Shown: positions 47,978 to 58,518, counted from the stretch's first letter. The stretch is DNA of 64,000 nt from Minisyncoccota bacterium (GCA_040879725.1 JBBDJV010000020.1:9086-73085), one strand, 5' to 3'. Program-made: numbers and translations. The notes: generated by a model from the letters alone, not told the origin.

Positions 47978-49011
47978 ATGCTCTTTAGTATACGCGGAAT
48001 AAGTGTGGAAAGCTCGTGTTTACGTACCACACTCATGTGTAGCGCCGTTTGTAATTCACGAATGTTGCTAACACCACGTACCCGCTCAAGCGCCTCCACT
48101 AATGACAGAGCGTTTCCTTCCATAAAACTGAGTAGTGATTGATACTCTCCTAATACCTCTCCGCACGCATTATTTGAGGTTATTGGTACCACGCCAACCG
48201 CAAGTGCTTCCAATACCACCTTGTCCAGACTACCGGTAGTACTTGCATGCAGTAGTATATCCATACCCGGAAGAAAATCCGCAAGCTTATTCTGGCTTTT
48301 ACTCCCAACAAAAGAAACTACTGAATGTAGCGCATTTTTCTCCACATACACTTCAAGCGCTTTCTGATATGTATAGTCACGAGGAGTAAGTGGTAAACCA
48401 ACAATAAAGAGATGAACGGGAATTTTTTTTTCTTTGCAGAGCGCCATAGCTTTGAGCAGTAAGAGCTGATCTTTTGCCGGTGAAATCCTGCCAACCGCTA
48501 CGAGATGAAGTGGTGTTGAAAAATCGTGTGGGTTAAAAGAAAAAAGAGTGGTGTCTATACCATGACCTGTTACCACGATTTTTTTACTTGGTATTCTAAA
48601 GCTCTCTTTTGATGCGGTAGTAATAGAGTGTGCGAGAAATGTCGCAACCCGGAGTGAAACAGTTACCGACTTGTGCGTATACCAGAGTACTATTTTCTTC
48701 CCAAGCAACCTCCACAACAGCCCGCCCAATACCACATACTCGGGGTTCATATGCACAAATACCACGTCGTATTCCTTTCGGAGTGTCCATGCGTATGCAT
48801 AGAAATTAAAAATCCTACGGAGTTTTCCCACACCACTTTCTTTTCCTAAACTTTTAACCACAACATTTTCAGGAAATGAATACTCTCCCACACCGAGCGC
48901 CACGACAGAAACTTGCTCCGCGTTCTTTGCGAATTCTTCAATCCACCTATGAAAGAACCCGAGGACAGAATCCTGTCTATTAACGGTTTGTGTCAGTATA
49001 AGAATGCGCAT
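47974..49011 (-). CDS. GT4 glycosyltransferase
   Basis: HGID, VGRISPAK, SLDKVVLEALA.G. Confidence 0.88.
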   Translation of the reverse strand: MRILILTQTVNRQDSVLGFFHRWIEEFAKNAEQVSVVALGVGEYSFPENVVVKSLGKESGVGKLRRIFNFYAYAWTLRKEYDVVFVHMNPEYVVLGGLLWRLLGKKIVLWYTHKSVTVSLRVATFLAHSITTASKESFRIPSKKIVVTGHGIDTTLFSFNPHDFSTPLHLVAVGRISPAKDQLLLLKAMALCKEKKIPVHLFIVGLPLTPRDYTYQKALEVYVEKNALHSVVSFVGSKSQNKLADFLPGMDILLHASTTGSLDKVVLEALAVGVVPITSNNACGEVLGEYQSLLSFMEGNALSLVEALERVRGVSNIRELQTALHMSVVRKHELSTLIPRILKSI

Positions 49012-49414
49012 GGTTTTTAAAGGTATGGTTTTTATTCAAAAGGAAGTTTATAACTGAAACAATACAAACCGCGATGGCTTGTGATATAAGTGGTACGAGG
49101 TGTATGCGTTCAATAAACACATGCAGAAGTGCTATGTTTGCAACCAAACCAAAAATAGCAACTCCGGTATACCACACGAACTCTCTTTTTATTTCACCAA
49201 GTATTTTGTGACCGAATGTCCAAAATTTCTGCATCAAAAAATTAACAAAAAGGGCTACAACAAACGCTCCTGTCGCGGCGAGCGGATACCACATTCCTGT
49301 TCGCTCCAACAACCAAAAAATTACAATGCTTAAAAACGCTCCAGTAAGACCCGAAATTCCGTAGCGAAAGAGCAACCTGCGATCTTTAAAATTATCTAAA
49401 AATTTACTGAGCAC
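48980..49414 (-). CDS. GtrA family membrane protein
   Basis: RYGISG, NFLMQKFWTF, NFLLNK..TF. Confidence 0.87.
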   Translation of the reverse strand: MLSKFLDNFKDRRLLFRYGISGLTGAFLSIVIFWLLERTGMWYPLAATGAFVVALFVNFLMQKFWTFGHKILGEIKREFVWYTGVAIFGLVANIALLHVFIERIHLVPLISQAIAVCIVSVINFLLNKNHTFKNHAHSYTDTNR

Positions 49415-50273
49415 GTTTCTTTTGTCTTATATAATCCTCGCCGTATACGCCTGACAACTTTTCAATATCTTTGTTGCTCTTCAGAAGAAGCTCGATATTT
49501 TTATCGCGAAGTTCTTCAAGTAATTTCACCCCATGTTCATCTCCCACAAGTGAGCGATACATTTCAGAAAACGCAGAGAAATCTTTTATAAAACAGTTTC
49601 CGCCCGCGCCGCGTCCATTTTTATGAATAGGCGAAAGATGTGTATTGCCGATGCGAGGATCTGCTGAAAGTGCCTGTTCGAGCACCTCCCACTCAAGTCC
49701 TAGCGTAGCAGAAAGGTCGTAGAGCATATTCACAAAAACAACTTTCACAAAAAACCAATTATTTCCCGCGTATTTTATCATCTCCGCGGTTCGTGAATTT
49801 GTAACAAGAACGTACGGAGCATACGGAAGTGCGTCCATAATAGCTTCTGCACGTTCTTTAAATTCACCATTCTCAATCGCCATACCAACAATATTTCTGT
49901 CCGGATGTCCGGCATCGTATTCAGCTGTTGCTTCAGTAAGAAACTCAGGTGAGTGGAATAAAAAATATTCAGAGAATTTTGTTTGGAGTGTTTCGGTAGT
50001 TTTTGGCAACACGGTTGATTTAATAACCACAGATGCACCACGCCCTACGAGAGACAACACTTCTTCAACTGTACTGTAGTCAAAGCCATCCGGAGTACTT
50101 GGGGTAGGAACCGCTATAAAAACCAAGTCGCAGTGCTTTATTCTCTCTCTATTTCCTGCAAATTCAGGATCAAGTCCATAGCGAATAACTTCAAATCCTC
50201 TACTCTCAAAATCATCAGCGTAATTTTTTCCAATATACCCTTGTCCAATGAACCCAATTTTTTTGAATTTCAT
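49404..50273 (-). CDS. UDP-glucose/GDP-mannose dehydrogenase family (short form)
   Basis: GQGYIG, AVPTP, IKSTV.P, PEFL, AEMIKY, GAGGNCFIKD; no C-terminal UDP-binding domain. Confidence 0.85.
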   Translation of the reverse strand: MKFKKIGFIGQGYIGKNYADDFESRGFEVIRYGLDPEFAGNRERIKHCDLVFIAVPTPSTPDGFDYSTVEEVLSLVGRGASVVIKSTVLPKTTETLQTKFSEYFLFHSPEFLTEATAEYDAGHPDRNIVGMAIENGEFKERAEAIMDALPYAPYVLVTNSRTAEMIKYAGNNWFFVKVVFVNMLYDLSATLGLEWEVLEQALSADPRIGNTHLSPIHKNGRGAGGNCFIKDFSAFSEMYRSLVGDEHGVKLLEELRDKNIELLLKSNKDIEKLSGVYGEDYIRQKKRAQ

Positions 50274-50299
50274 ATGTTTGTATATGAATAGTACTCGAT

Positions 50300-51451
50300 T
50301 TATGACATTTCTGCACGCACACTTTTCCACGCATCACGTGTTTTAAGCACCGCTTGTTCAAATGTTTCCGTTCGAGCAAGAGCCTCTCTTCCTCCCACGC
50401 CATACTTCCTACGAGCCTCAGAATCAGAAAGAGTTTCAACGAGCGCTTCCGCGAGAGCCTCTGCATCATGGCGGGGCACCACCCTGCCGTTTTCTCTGTC
50501 AGTTACCACCTCACCAGCGCATCCCACATCAGTCATAACTACCGACAGTCCACTTGCCAGAGCCTCGACAACCACCCGTGCCCAACCTTCATAGTTAGAA
50601 GAAAGCGCGTATACATCTGCTGTTTTATACAAAGAAGCAACATCGTCACTCCACGCATGCATAACTACGTATTCAGAAACACCAAGCTCTTTAGCACACC
50701 TGCTAATATTTTCTTTTTCATTTCCACTTCCCACGAGCACCAAACGCGCTTCGGGTATTTTTTTCCTAACTTCAACAAATGCCTTTAGAAGCAAAGGTAG
50801 ATTTTTCTGCTTCACCATGCGTCCCACCCACAGAATAAAAGGTCCTGATAAACCCGTCTGTTCACTGAGAGTTGTTTTAGGAGTAGTATTTTTAAAATCA
50901 TCAATATGTGTCACTACCGGAAACCGAACAATCTTTTCAGCCGGTACACCCATTGTCTTTACCGTTCCCTCAATCCTCTTGGAAACAACACGCACCTGGT
51001 TTGCTCGCGGAATAACCAATGTTCCCAGAAAATACCGCACGCGATTAAGCAGTGACTCACACTTCCAGTCTTGTGTGCTAAAGAAATCACCATGCTCCTG
51101 AACCTGAAGAGGAACTCGATACAACCGTGAAAGTAAAAGACCGAGCACACCCGCCTCAAAAGGATCTTGCGTGCTGATAACCCATTCTTTTTCCTTCTGC
51201 TCTTTCAGTATTCTTCGTGAAATTAAAAATGCTTTGAGTAGATGCGTAAACGGTGTTCGCGCATTTGTTGGATACACCACAAGAGAGTCGCTTATGCGCG
51301 TCTTTTGGTGTTTTAGTTTGGCATGAGAAAAAACAACAATATGCTGTTCGAATTCACTCCCTGCGTACGCAACCTGCCTGCGCGCAGAAACAGAATAAGA
51401 AGTAAATAAATCTTTATCGTTTCCTATAACAAGAATTCCTATTCTACTCAT
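50300..51451 (-). CDS. GT4 glycosyltransferase
   Basis: VGRMVKQKN, SNYEGW..VVVEALASG. Confidence 0.9.
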   Translation of the reverse strand: MSRIGILVIGNDKDLFTSYSVSARRQVAYAGSEFEQHIVVFSHAKLKHQKTRISDSLVVYPTNARTPFTHLLKAFLISRRILKEQKEKEWVISTQDPFEAGVLGLLLSRLYRVPLQVQEHGDFFSTQDWKCESLLNRVRYFLGTLVIPRANQVRVVSKRIEGTVKTMGVPAEKIVRFPVVTHIDDFKNTTPKTTLSEQTGLSGPFILWVGRMVKQKNLPLLLKAFVEVRKKIPEARLVLVGSGNEKENISRCAKELGVSEYVVMHAWSDDVASLYKTADVYALSSNYEGWARVVVEALASGLSVVMTDVGCAGEVVTDRENGRVVPRHDAEALAEALVETLSDSEARRKYGVGGREALARTETFEQAVLKTRDAWKSVRAEMS

Positions 51452-52446
51452 AGTAATGAAAGATATTCTGATAACACCATGTCCCATTCGCGAACTTTCT
51501 TAAATCCTCCCGCTTTCGCAACGTATGATTCATAGTATGCCGGGTAAGACAGAGAACGCATTGCCTCAGCAAGTGAGTCGGTATCAAATGGATCAATAAA
51601 AACACCAACGTCCTTTAGCTCTTCATACAAACCGCAATCTTGAGTTAGGATAAAGGGTTTGTTATAGCGCAAACCCTCAAGAACAATATTGGGAGCTACC
51701 TCTGAAAAAGAAGCAACCACTATCACTCCACATGATGCAATCTTTTTTTCGAGCACGTCAGGAGTAAACGTGCCGGTTACAAGCTCAATTCCACCTTTGG
51801 TTTGAGCTACATCAGTAAATGCGTGCTCGACCCTCTCTATATTTTTAAGAGCAATATTTCGCCCAACTGCAAGAAATGTCTTTTTTGCCTCCGGTTCAGA
51901 AGTTACCGGTATCTTTTCCCCGAAATAGTTTTCAATTACCGTAAATCGCTCGTGGTCAATGTTGTATGCAGGAACGGTAAAATCTCTTTGCCACTCCGTG
52001 GTAAATGCAACAACATCCGCTCTTTTATAGAGCATTTTAGTAAAAAATCGAATTGCTTTTTCTTTAAAAGTAAACTCTCTTTTAACAGAGTAAAAATCAC
52101 TCAGATGAACCATCTGCTTTATCCTCTCAACCCATGCCTCCCATAGAAAGTCACCGCCCACGCGGACAATTATTTTCTTGCGCATTACTTTCGCAGCTAA
52201 AAGCGAAGGTAGTCCCACACTCATAGTATCGAGCGCAATCACTCCCTTTGTTCCGATAAGCTTAAAACACATTTTTAGAAAGAAATAAAAATGACGTATT
52301 CCGCTTGGAAGTTTTCGCTCAAGCGTAAAGGTTGCCACTCGCGCGTGGTGTCCTTTTTCGTGCGCAGTGTGGGTAAGCATCGCGGCATATTTAGCGGGGC
52401 CTCCCACTTGTGGCGGATATACTCCTGTAGCTATTACAAATTTCAT
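51448..52446 (-). CDS. GT4 glycosyltransferase
   Basis: YPPQVGGPA, VGRNIALKN, SEVAPNIVLE. Confidence 0.85.
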   Translation of the reverse strand: MKFVIATGVYPPQVGGPAKYAAMLTHTAHEKGHHARVATFTLERKLPSGIRHFYFFLKMCFKLIGTKGVIALDTMSVGLPSLLAAKVMRKKIIVRVGGDFLWEAWVERIKQMVHLSDFYSVKREFTFKEKAIRFFTKMLYKRADVVAFTTEWQRDFTVPAYNIDHERFTVIENYFGEKIPVTSEPEAKKTFLAVGRNIALKNIERVEHAFTDVAQTKGGIELVTGTFTPDVLEKKIASCGVIVVASFSEVAPNIVLEGLRYNKPFILTQDCGLYEELKDVGVFIDPFDTDSLAEAMRSLSYPAYYESYVAKAGGFKKVREWDMVLSEYLSLL

Positions 52447-53609
52447 ATTTTTTTGATTGAAAGACATAGTTCCATAAAATCTCCAGCAAGTCTATCCCAG
52501 CTATATGTTTCAACCGCAAGTCGTCTCCCTGCTTCGGTAATACTCTTTGCGTGTTCAGGTATTTGCATAAGTTCACTTACCGCGTGAGCAAGCGCCCCGG
52601 GATTATCCGGTTCCACCAAAATACCGGTAACTCGGTCCTCTATAAAATCAACTATCCCACCTACTGGTGTTCCGATAACCGGCAGTCCCGCAGACATTGC
52701 TTCAACAAAAGAATTTCCAAACCCTTCAGACCGGGACGTACGCACAAAAACATCGCTTGCGTGAAGATACTTTGGCAACTCATCTTGCGGAATAGTTGGC
52801 ACAAAATGAACCCTATCAAGTACACGCAACTCTCGCGCTAGCTGTGAAAGCGAGGTTCCCAACGGTCCACTTCCAACAATAAGTACGTGTACTTTTTTAT
52901 TCAGCAGAGGAAGAGTACGTACTAATGTATCAAGTCCGTTTTTATACACCAAACGCGACGTACTCACGAGCACATACGCGGAAGTGGGAATATGAAACTT
53001 CTGACGCAATGCATGCTTTTCCACCTCTGAAGCTCGCGCGGTAAACAGAGAAACATCAACTCCGTTTGGAAGTAGTGTAATAGGCGCTTTGGTGTCAGTC
53101 GCTTCCGCGCGCTTTTTTAAGTAGTTACTGATAACAGTAATGTGTGTTGCGGACCGTATAGGAAAATAGTGGAGCGGTCGAACTAAAAAGCGAAAAAGCA
53201 AATCATTGTTGAATACGTACCGTTTGAGATGTACTTCATCATCTCCCTCTTGCAGTGTGAGAATAAAACTTTTTTTATTTCTCATCCTGTGGAAAAGCGC
53301 TCCCGCAAGTCCTCCGAAACTTGCCATAATACCCCAAACACAATCATATGAAATGTGTCGCGAACGAATGAGAGCAACAAAAAAACCAGTCACCGGAAAT
53401 AGGTATTTATCGATAGGGTGTCCAATACCAACCCTTCGTACAGATACGGAACCGATTTGTTCATGCTTTGAGAGTGCTCGAGAATAGCGCGGAGTAAGCA
53501 TGTCAAAAGCAATACGTTCTTCGGGGATACGTTTTGTTAATTCATGAACCGCAATTTCCGCCCCACCTATGTGGGGAAGATAGTCCGTACTAAAAATTAA
53601 GATTTTCAT
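52443..53609 (-). CDS. GT4 glycosyltransferase
   Basis: YLPHIGGAE, PNGVD, SRL..KNG, SEGFGNSFVEAM.AG. Confidence 0.92.
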   Translation of the reverse strand: MKILIFSTDYLPHIGGAEIAVHELTKRIPEERIAFDMLTPRYSRALSKHEQIGSVSVRRVGIGHPIDKYLFPVTGFFVALIRSRHISYDCVWGIMASFGGLAGALFHRMRNKKSFILTLQEGDDEVHLKRYVFNNDLLFRFLVRPLHYFPIRSATHITVISNYLKKRAEATDTKAPITLLPNGVDVSLFTARASEVEKHALRQKFHIPTSAYVLVSTSRLVYKNGLDTLVRTLPLLNKKVHVLIVGSGPLGTSLSQLARELRVLDRVHFVPTIPQDELPKYLHASDVFVRTSRSEGFGNSFVEAMSAGLPVIGTPVGGIVDFIEDRVTGILVEPDNPGALAHAVSELMQIPEHAKSITEAGRRLAVETYSWDRLAGDFMELCLSIKKI

Positions 53610-55117
53610 TCCTCTTCTATAATATCGTACTCTTCGGCTTCTTTCACCTCCTTATGTTTACTAAGTTGTAATGCAAAAACAGGAATAACCGACAGCGCCA
53701 CGAGTCCGATAATCCACCAGACTATACCACCCTCTCTACCCTCTGTCATACTATATGGAACTCCCGCAGTAAGAGTGCTCGTGGAGCCTGTATTTGTCTC
53801 TTCATCGGTTTCACTTATCTCACTATCAGTGTCTTCCTCTGCTTCTGTATTTTGGGGCGCAGGCGCGGAGCCTGCCTCCGCGCCCGCGCTTGGATCAACC
53901 ATTTTCGCAACTGCAACTTTTCTTTGAGTAGGAGCGCTTGCCTGAGGTCTGGAAGATATAGGAACTTCTTTTACCGCTCTGTATTCCGCAACAGGAACAC
54001 CTAGCGTGTCATGAAGCTGTACTGTTTTTCCTTGTGTTATCGGAAAACCAAAAACATATGAACCGAAAGGAGTTGATTGGTATGAAGAAAGAATACTCCT
54101 GGGAGGAAATGCGAACATTTGTTCACCTACATGAATACTCCATGAAGTAATGTCTATTGGATGCTGTGATTCGTTTTTCAACGTAACATACCCGTTAGTG
54201 CCGTACGTAACATCTTCAATAACAATCGTAGGACGCACTACTGTGACAATTACCTGATCCACAGCGTTGTATTCACCGGATGAAACAGAGAGAACGGCGG
54301 TATACTGACCAGGGTAGTGGTAGCGATACAGAATATTTTGTCCCTCAACAAACGTCCCATCTCCCAAATTCCATGTGTACCTAGCAGTTGTAAGTGCTTC
54401 ATTCTGAAACCCGTATCCACGTCCGTGAAAAGTTACCTCGCTTCCCACAAAAACTGTTTTTGAGCTTCCCGCATCTGCGGTTAATCTTTTATTTCCCGGT
54501 TGAAGCAGAGGAACGGAACCATTCCCTTCTCCAGAGTTTTCCTGTGAGCTGTTTTGATTTGTACTTCCTGAATTAGTCTCTTCGTCTGACTCTGTTGTTT
54601 CTTCCGGAAGAGCATGATGGCTATTTGCACTTCCAGGTGTCGGAGCACCCACTCCCCAAGTGCCTTGTAGCATCTGTAGTGTATTACCATCTCCATTTTC
54701 TCCAAGATTTGTGTCATACGTAACCTCGAAGAGAACTGTTTTATCGCCGTCTGCAAGTGAAAGAGTCTCTCCATCATTTTTTAATGAAAACGAACTATCG
54801 AACAACACACCACTCCACCCAGGATTATCACTAAGAAATGTTTGTGCGTCATCCGCAATAACAGCGTAGCTACCTGCTTCCATCTGTGTTCCACCTTGGA
54901 ATTCATGTATACCGTGATACACACCTCCTTCAAGAAAGGTGTACTCGGTAAGTGTGAGTGGTTCTGTTGTGTATACCTCTATCCATTCATGCTTCCCATC
55001 TCCTCCGGGGAAATCATACATAATTTCTGTTATCGAAAGAGACGCGTGAGAAAAAAGCGGAACGATGTACAGTGCGAAACTAAAAATTATTATAAAACTA
55101 TTGCGAGTCCTCACCAT
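53606..55117 (-). CDS. Lamin-tail-domain + PKD surface protein with C-terminal TM anchor
   Basis: Signal peptide; ITEIMYD..G.D..EWIE, L.N.GE, TPG..N; WNLGDG, Y.YPGQY; C-terminal TM. Confidence 0.85.
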   Translation of the reverse strand: MVRTRNSFIIIFSFALYIVPLFSHASLSITEIMYDFPGGDGKHEWIEVYTTEPLTLTEYTFLEGGVYHGIHEFQGGTQMEAGSYAVIADDAQTFLSDNPGWSGVLFDSSFSLKNDGETLSLADGDKTVLFEVTYDTNLGENGDGNTLQMLQGTWGVGAPTPGSANSHHALPEETTESDEETNSGSTNQNSSQENSGEGNGSVPLLQPGNKRLTADAGSSKTVFVGSEVTFHGRGYGFQNEALTTARYTWNLGDGTFVEGQNILYRYHYPGQYTAVLSVSSGEYNAVDQVIVTVVRPTIVIEDVTYGTNGYVTLKNESQHPIDITSWSIHVGEQMFAFPPRSILSSYQSTPFGSYVFGFPITQGKTVQLHDTLGVPVAEYRAVKEVPISSRPQASAPTQRKVAVAKMVDPSAGAEAGSAPAPQNTEAEEDTDSEISETDEETNTGSTSTLTAGVPYSMTEGREGGIVWWIIGLVALSVIPVFALQLSKHKEVKEAEEYDIIEEE

Positions 55118-56969
55118 TGATCACTTTTTTCAAAGTTTCTTCTGATATTTCTCTCTTGGTAGTAGACGCTTCTTTATCTGATTCTTTTTTCCCTTGTTCT
55201 TTACCTATTTGTTCCGTTTGATTTGGTTCTTCACTGTTCTGTTCATTTGGAGTATTTTTTAGCAGTGACGCCAAAGCACTTCTTAACTCATTCTTCTTTT
55301 CTTCACTTGGACCTTTAGTGTCTTGGAAGACACGCTGTTTCTCTTTCTTCTGAAGAATTGTAAGCGACAAAGGTTTGTCTTGTTGCTCTGGTGTGGCAAC
55401 ATTTTCTTGTGTGTGCTCGGTGGTATTTTGATTTGAAGAATGTTCTGAAAAATGTTGCGAAGAGTGTTCTGGATCCTGCGCAAACGTCAGTGGTGTTGCG
55501 GGAGTTTTGGGCATATTTTGCTTGCGAATGAAGTTGTTTTTACTCCCAGTATCTTTTTGATCATATCGAGGGCGAGCGGTGTTTGGTGCACTCTCGCTAC
55601 CGTGCTGTCGGTTATTTCTGTCGTTTTGTACTCGACGGTCCTGGCCATTTCCTTGCGAAGATTTTGCGGGAGCGGACGTAGGAGCAAGAAGTACTCGAAC
55701 CTCATTTTCAACAATCGCTCGAGGTCGAGAAAACGCTTTTCGCGATATCTCAATTATTTCTTCTTTCTGGCTTATTTCAGGTCGAGGGATCGGAGGAATG
55801 GTTCGCGCTGAAAATGGCTGAGAACCCACACCGTCAATCATGAGTTTTAGATATATTTGAGCAAAATTGAGATTTACCAAATCTTCTGCGAGGAACGTAG
55901 GTGAAAATTCTTTTTCGAGTGTTTCCGCATCGTATGCACCCACACGAAAGGTTATCATTGTACCCACGTTTCCAAAAACCGCAGCGCGAACCTCTTCGGA
56001 CATCTGCTCAATGTACTGATGCGCCATTGTGAGATTGAGTTTATATTTTCGAGCTTCAGATAGAATGTCTGCAAATGACTCGTTTGCAAAAGACTGAAAC
56101 TCATCCACGTAGAGATAGAAATTAGGAAGATCTTTTTTCAGCACACCTTCATCAATATCCGCTCGAGACATTGCTGCTAGGTATATTTTAGTAATAAGCA
56201 TTGAGCCAATAAGGTTTGCATTCGCTTCACCCACTCGCCCCTTTGAAAGGTTTACGATAATTATTTTTTTCTCGTCCATCATTTTTCTCAGATCAAATGA
56301 TGACTTTGGCTGTCCGATAATATTCCTGATAAGCGGGTTTGAGGTAAACTGTCCTACTTTGTTTTGGATAGCAGGTGTTGCTTCCGCAGTAAAACGGTCA
56401 GTATAGTTTGCAAACTCATCTACCCAAAAAGCTCGGACAGACGCGTCTTGTATATTATCTACCACTTTTTTTCTAAAGTGTTTATCCGAGAGCATCCTGT
56501 TTACCGAAAGAAGAGTGGCGTTTGGATATTCCAGAAGTGCTAAGAGCGTATTGTTTAAAATGTATTCCATGCGGGCGCTCCACGCATCAGCCCAAATCTT
56601 CTTAAACGTTGACATAAGACCAGAGACAACCAAATGGCGCTTGTCATACCCTACGTCTTCCATAATGTTAAATGAAATAGGGTTTTCCAAATCAAAAGGA
56701 GCGAAATACATAACATCCTGTCTTCGCTCTTGCGGAACATAGTCGAGTAAAAGATCAGCAGTCTGACCGTGCGGGTCGATAAATGCCATACCTTCACCAT
56801 TTTTCATGTCCTGCACTGCCATGTTTTCAAGCAGTGTGGATTTACCCATGCCCGTTTTCCCTATCACATAGACATGACGGGTTCGGTCTTTTGCTTTAAT
56901 GCCAAAGGGAATGCATTTGTTACGTGCATCTGTCTCGGCAAAATAGGTTACTCGCTCTTCGTTATACAT
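55098..56969 (-). CDS. TraD/VirD4-like (type IV coupling protein/HerA-FtsK superfamily) ATPase
   Basis: HVYVIGKTGMGKST, IDPHG, LYVDEFQ, LSEARKY.L..AHQ; disordered C-terminus. Confidence 0.88.
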   Translation of the reverse strand: MYNEERVTYFAETDARNKCIPFGIKAKDRTRHVYVIGKTGMGKSTLLENMAVQDMKNGEGMAFIDPHGQTADLLLDYVPQERRQDVMYFAPFDLENPISFNIMEDVGYDKRHLVVSGLMSTFKKIWADAWSARMEYILNNTLLALLEYPNATLLSVNRMLSDKHFRKKVVDNIQDASVRAFWVDEFANYTDRFTAEATPAIQNKVGQFTSNPLIRNIIGQPKSSFDLRKMMDEKKIIIVNLSKGRVGEANANLIGSMLITKIYLAAMSRADIDEGVLKKDLPNFYLYVDEFQSFANESFADILSEARKYKLNLTMAHQYIEQMSEEVRAAVFGNVGTMITFRVGAYDAETLEKEFSPTFLAEDLVNLNFAQIYLKLMIDGVGSQPFSARTIPPIPRPEISQKEEIIEISRKAFSRPRAIVENEVRVLLAPTSAPAKSSQGNGQDRRVQNDRNNRQHGSESAPNTARPRYDQKDTGSKNNFIRKQNMPKTPATPLTFAQDPEHSSQHFSEHSSNQNTTEHTQENVATPEQQDKPLSLTILQKKEKQRVFQDTKGPSEEKKNELRSALASLLKNTPNEQNSEEPNQTEQIGKEQGKKESDKEASTTKREISEETLKKVINGEDSQ

Positions 56970-57010
56970 TAGGTTTAGTATATCACTATACAAATATTAT
57001 TTTTGTGTAC

Positions 57011-57037
57011 AAAAACCCCCCGCATGCGCGAGGGGCT
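57011..57037 (-). terminator. Intrinsic terminator after the small ORF
   Basis: Minus strand CCCCTCGC-gcat-GCGGGGGG followed by T5. Confidence 0.7.
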
Positions 57038-57054
57038 TCGAGGAAGGTTAGGAG

Positions 57055-57237
57055 TTACGAAGGTTTTTCGATTTGAGAGTGCTGGACCAGCACATCCAGG
57101 TGACGAAAATCAATTCGTCTTGGATAGGGATCACTCGCAGTGGTCATTGTGGGTGGGTTCTGAGATCCCCAACCGAGAATTTGGGCCACCGTTGCAGGTC
57201 CGCGCACTTTTTTTGCTGCCTTTGCTGTCTTTGCCAT
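57055..57237 (-). CDS. Small hypothetical protein with basic N-terminus (60 aa)
   Basis: MAKTAKAAKKVRGP...; upstream TATACT box near 57317-57322 and a downstream terminator. Confidence 0.5.
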   Translation of the reverse strand: MAKTAKAAKKVRGPATVAQILGWGSQNPPTMTTASDPYPRRIDFRHLDVLVQHSQIEKPS

Positions 57238-57329
57238 AACACTGACTTTCTTCCTAACGTTTGGTTTCCGAGTAGAACCGTGAGTACGCACCAACGCACT
57301 CTTTACTCTGAGAAAAAGTATACACAATA

Positions 57330-58505
57330 CTATTGTACATAGTCAAGAGCACTGGTGGTATAGCGGTTAGATGGTGACCAGATATAGTAGCTTGTAAGTC
57401 CCACATCCTCAACAGCCTTTATCTGTGCACGTATTTTCGCTTCATCGTACGTTGCTCCCAAATTAAAATCTTGTATCCACGGGCGAAGTTTAAGCGGGGT
57501 TGTAGATGCCCTCTCTACTGCTTTAGTCATTGAATAGTGAATAACCTCGTACGGATGCTCTGCCGGGTTTGCTAAGCCGATAAATGTTGGTGGGTAGTGA
57601 GACGGGTAAATCATAGGTGCGATGTAATCAACAAAAGGTAGTGCGTCTTCAAGTACTTGTCCGATGTTCAAATCGTCAGTGTTGGTTGTAGTCATACCAA
57701 AGAGATCGACCGATACCGCCGGACCACTTGTGCCATATGCCCCGCCGATGTATTCAAAGAAAGACCGCATCACTTCACGCTTTACCTTTCCTTCACTAAA
57801 CGGATACACAATGTCTCTCATATTTCCGTCTGACGGAAAACGAACATAGTCAAAATTAAGTTCATCAAAACCAATAGCTCGCGCATGTACTCCCAAGTCA
57901 TAGATATACTCCCATGCTTCTCTGCTTCCCGCGTCTATCCAGCTAATTCCTTTTCTGTCTTTCCATATTTCTCCATCACTCTCTCTGCGTACTGCCCACT
58001 CGGGATGAGTCTTAACCAAATGAGGATCTTGGAATACCGGTATACGCCCTATTACATAAATACCTTTATCATGGAGTGTGCCTATAAACTCCTTTAAGTC
58101 AGAAACAAAACAGTCGTGGTTTGTCGCTTTATCAAAACGCTCCTCGCCCGTTTCGAAGGAAATTTTCCCGTACTCATCTTTTACATTAATAATAATTGCA
58201 TTGAGTGTTGTTTGTTCAACTAGCTCTACCAACTGTGCTCGGAAAGACGGAGTAGCTGCGACACATGCTGTCATGTAAATAGCTCTCATCGGCTCAGGTG
58301 TTTCTATATAGGTTACGATGAACTGCGGTTCCTCTGGTTCCTCATTTATCAAAGCTACTTCTTTCTCCTTTACTTCTTCATCTAGTTCATCAGTGTATAC
58401 CACCGACGCTTGCTCTGGCAGAAAAAAGAAAAATGCGTACACGAGAGCGAGAACGACCAAAAAGCCTGTGAGTGCGTGAGTAAGTTTGCGAGAGCGACCG
58501 GACAT
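57330..58505 (-). CDS. Putative glycoside hydrolase (DUF4015/GH13-like TIM barrel), membrane-anchored
   Basis: RAIY, GIYVIGRI.VFQD, GFDELNFDYVRFP, PMIYPSHY, RPWIQDF. Confidence 0.85.
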   Translation of the reverse strand: MSGRSRKLTHALTGFLVVLALVYAFFFFLPEQASVVYTDELDEEVKEKEVALINEEPEEPQFIVTYIETPEPMRAIYMTACVAATPSFRAQLVELVEQTTLNAIIINVKDEYGKISFETGEERFDKATNHDCFVSDLKEFIGTLHDKGIYVIGRIPVFQDPHLVKTHPEWAVRRESDGEIWKDRKGISWIDAGSREAWEYIYDLGVHARAIGFDELNFDYVRFPSDGNMRDIVYPFSEGKVKREVMRSFFEYIGGAYGTSGPAVSVDLFGMTTTNTDDLNIGQVLEDALPFVDYIAPMIYPSHYPPTFIGLANPAEHPYEVIHYSMTKAVERASTTPLKLRPWIQDFNLGATYDEAKIRAQIKAVEDVGLTSYYIWSPSNRYTTSALDYVQ

Positions 58506-58518
58506 AATCTATGTGTTA

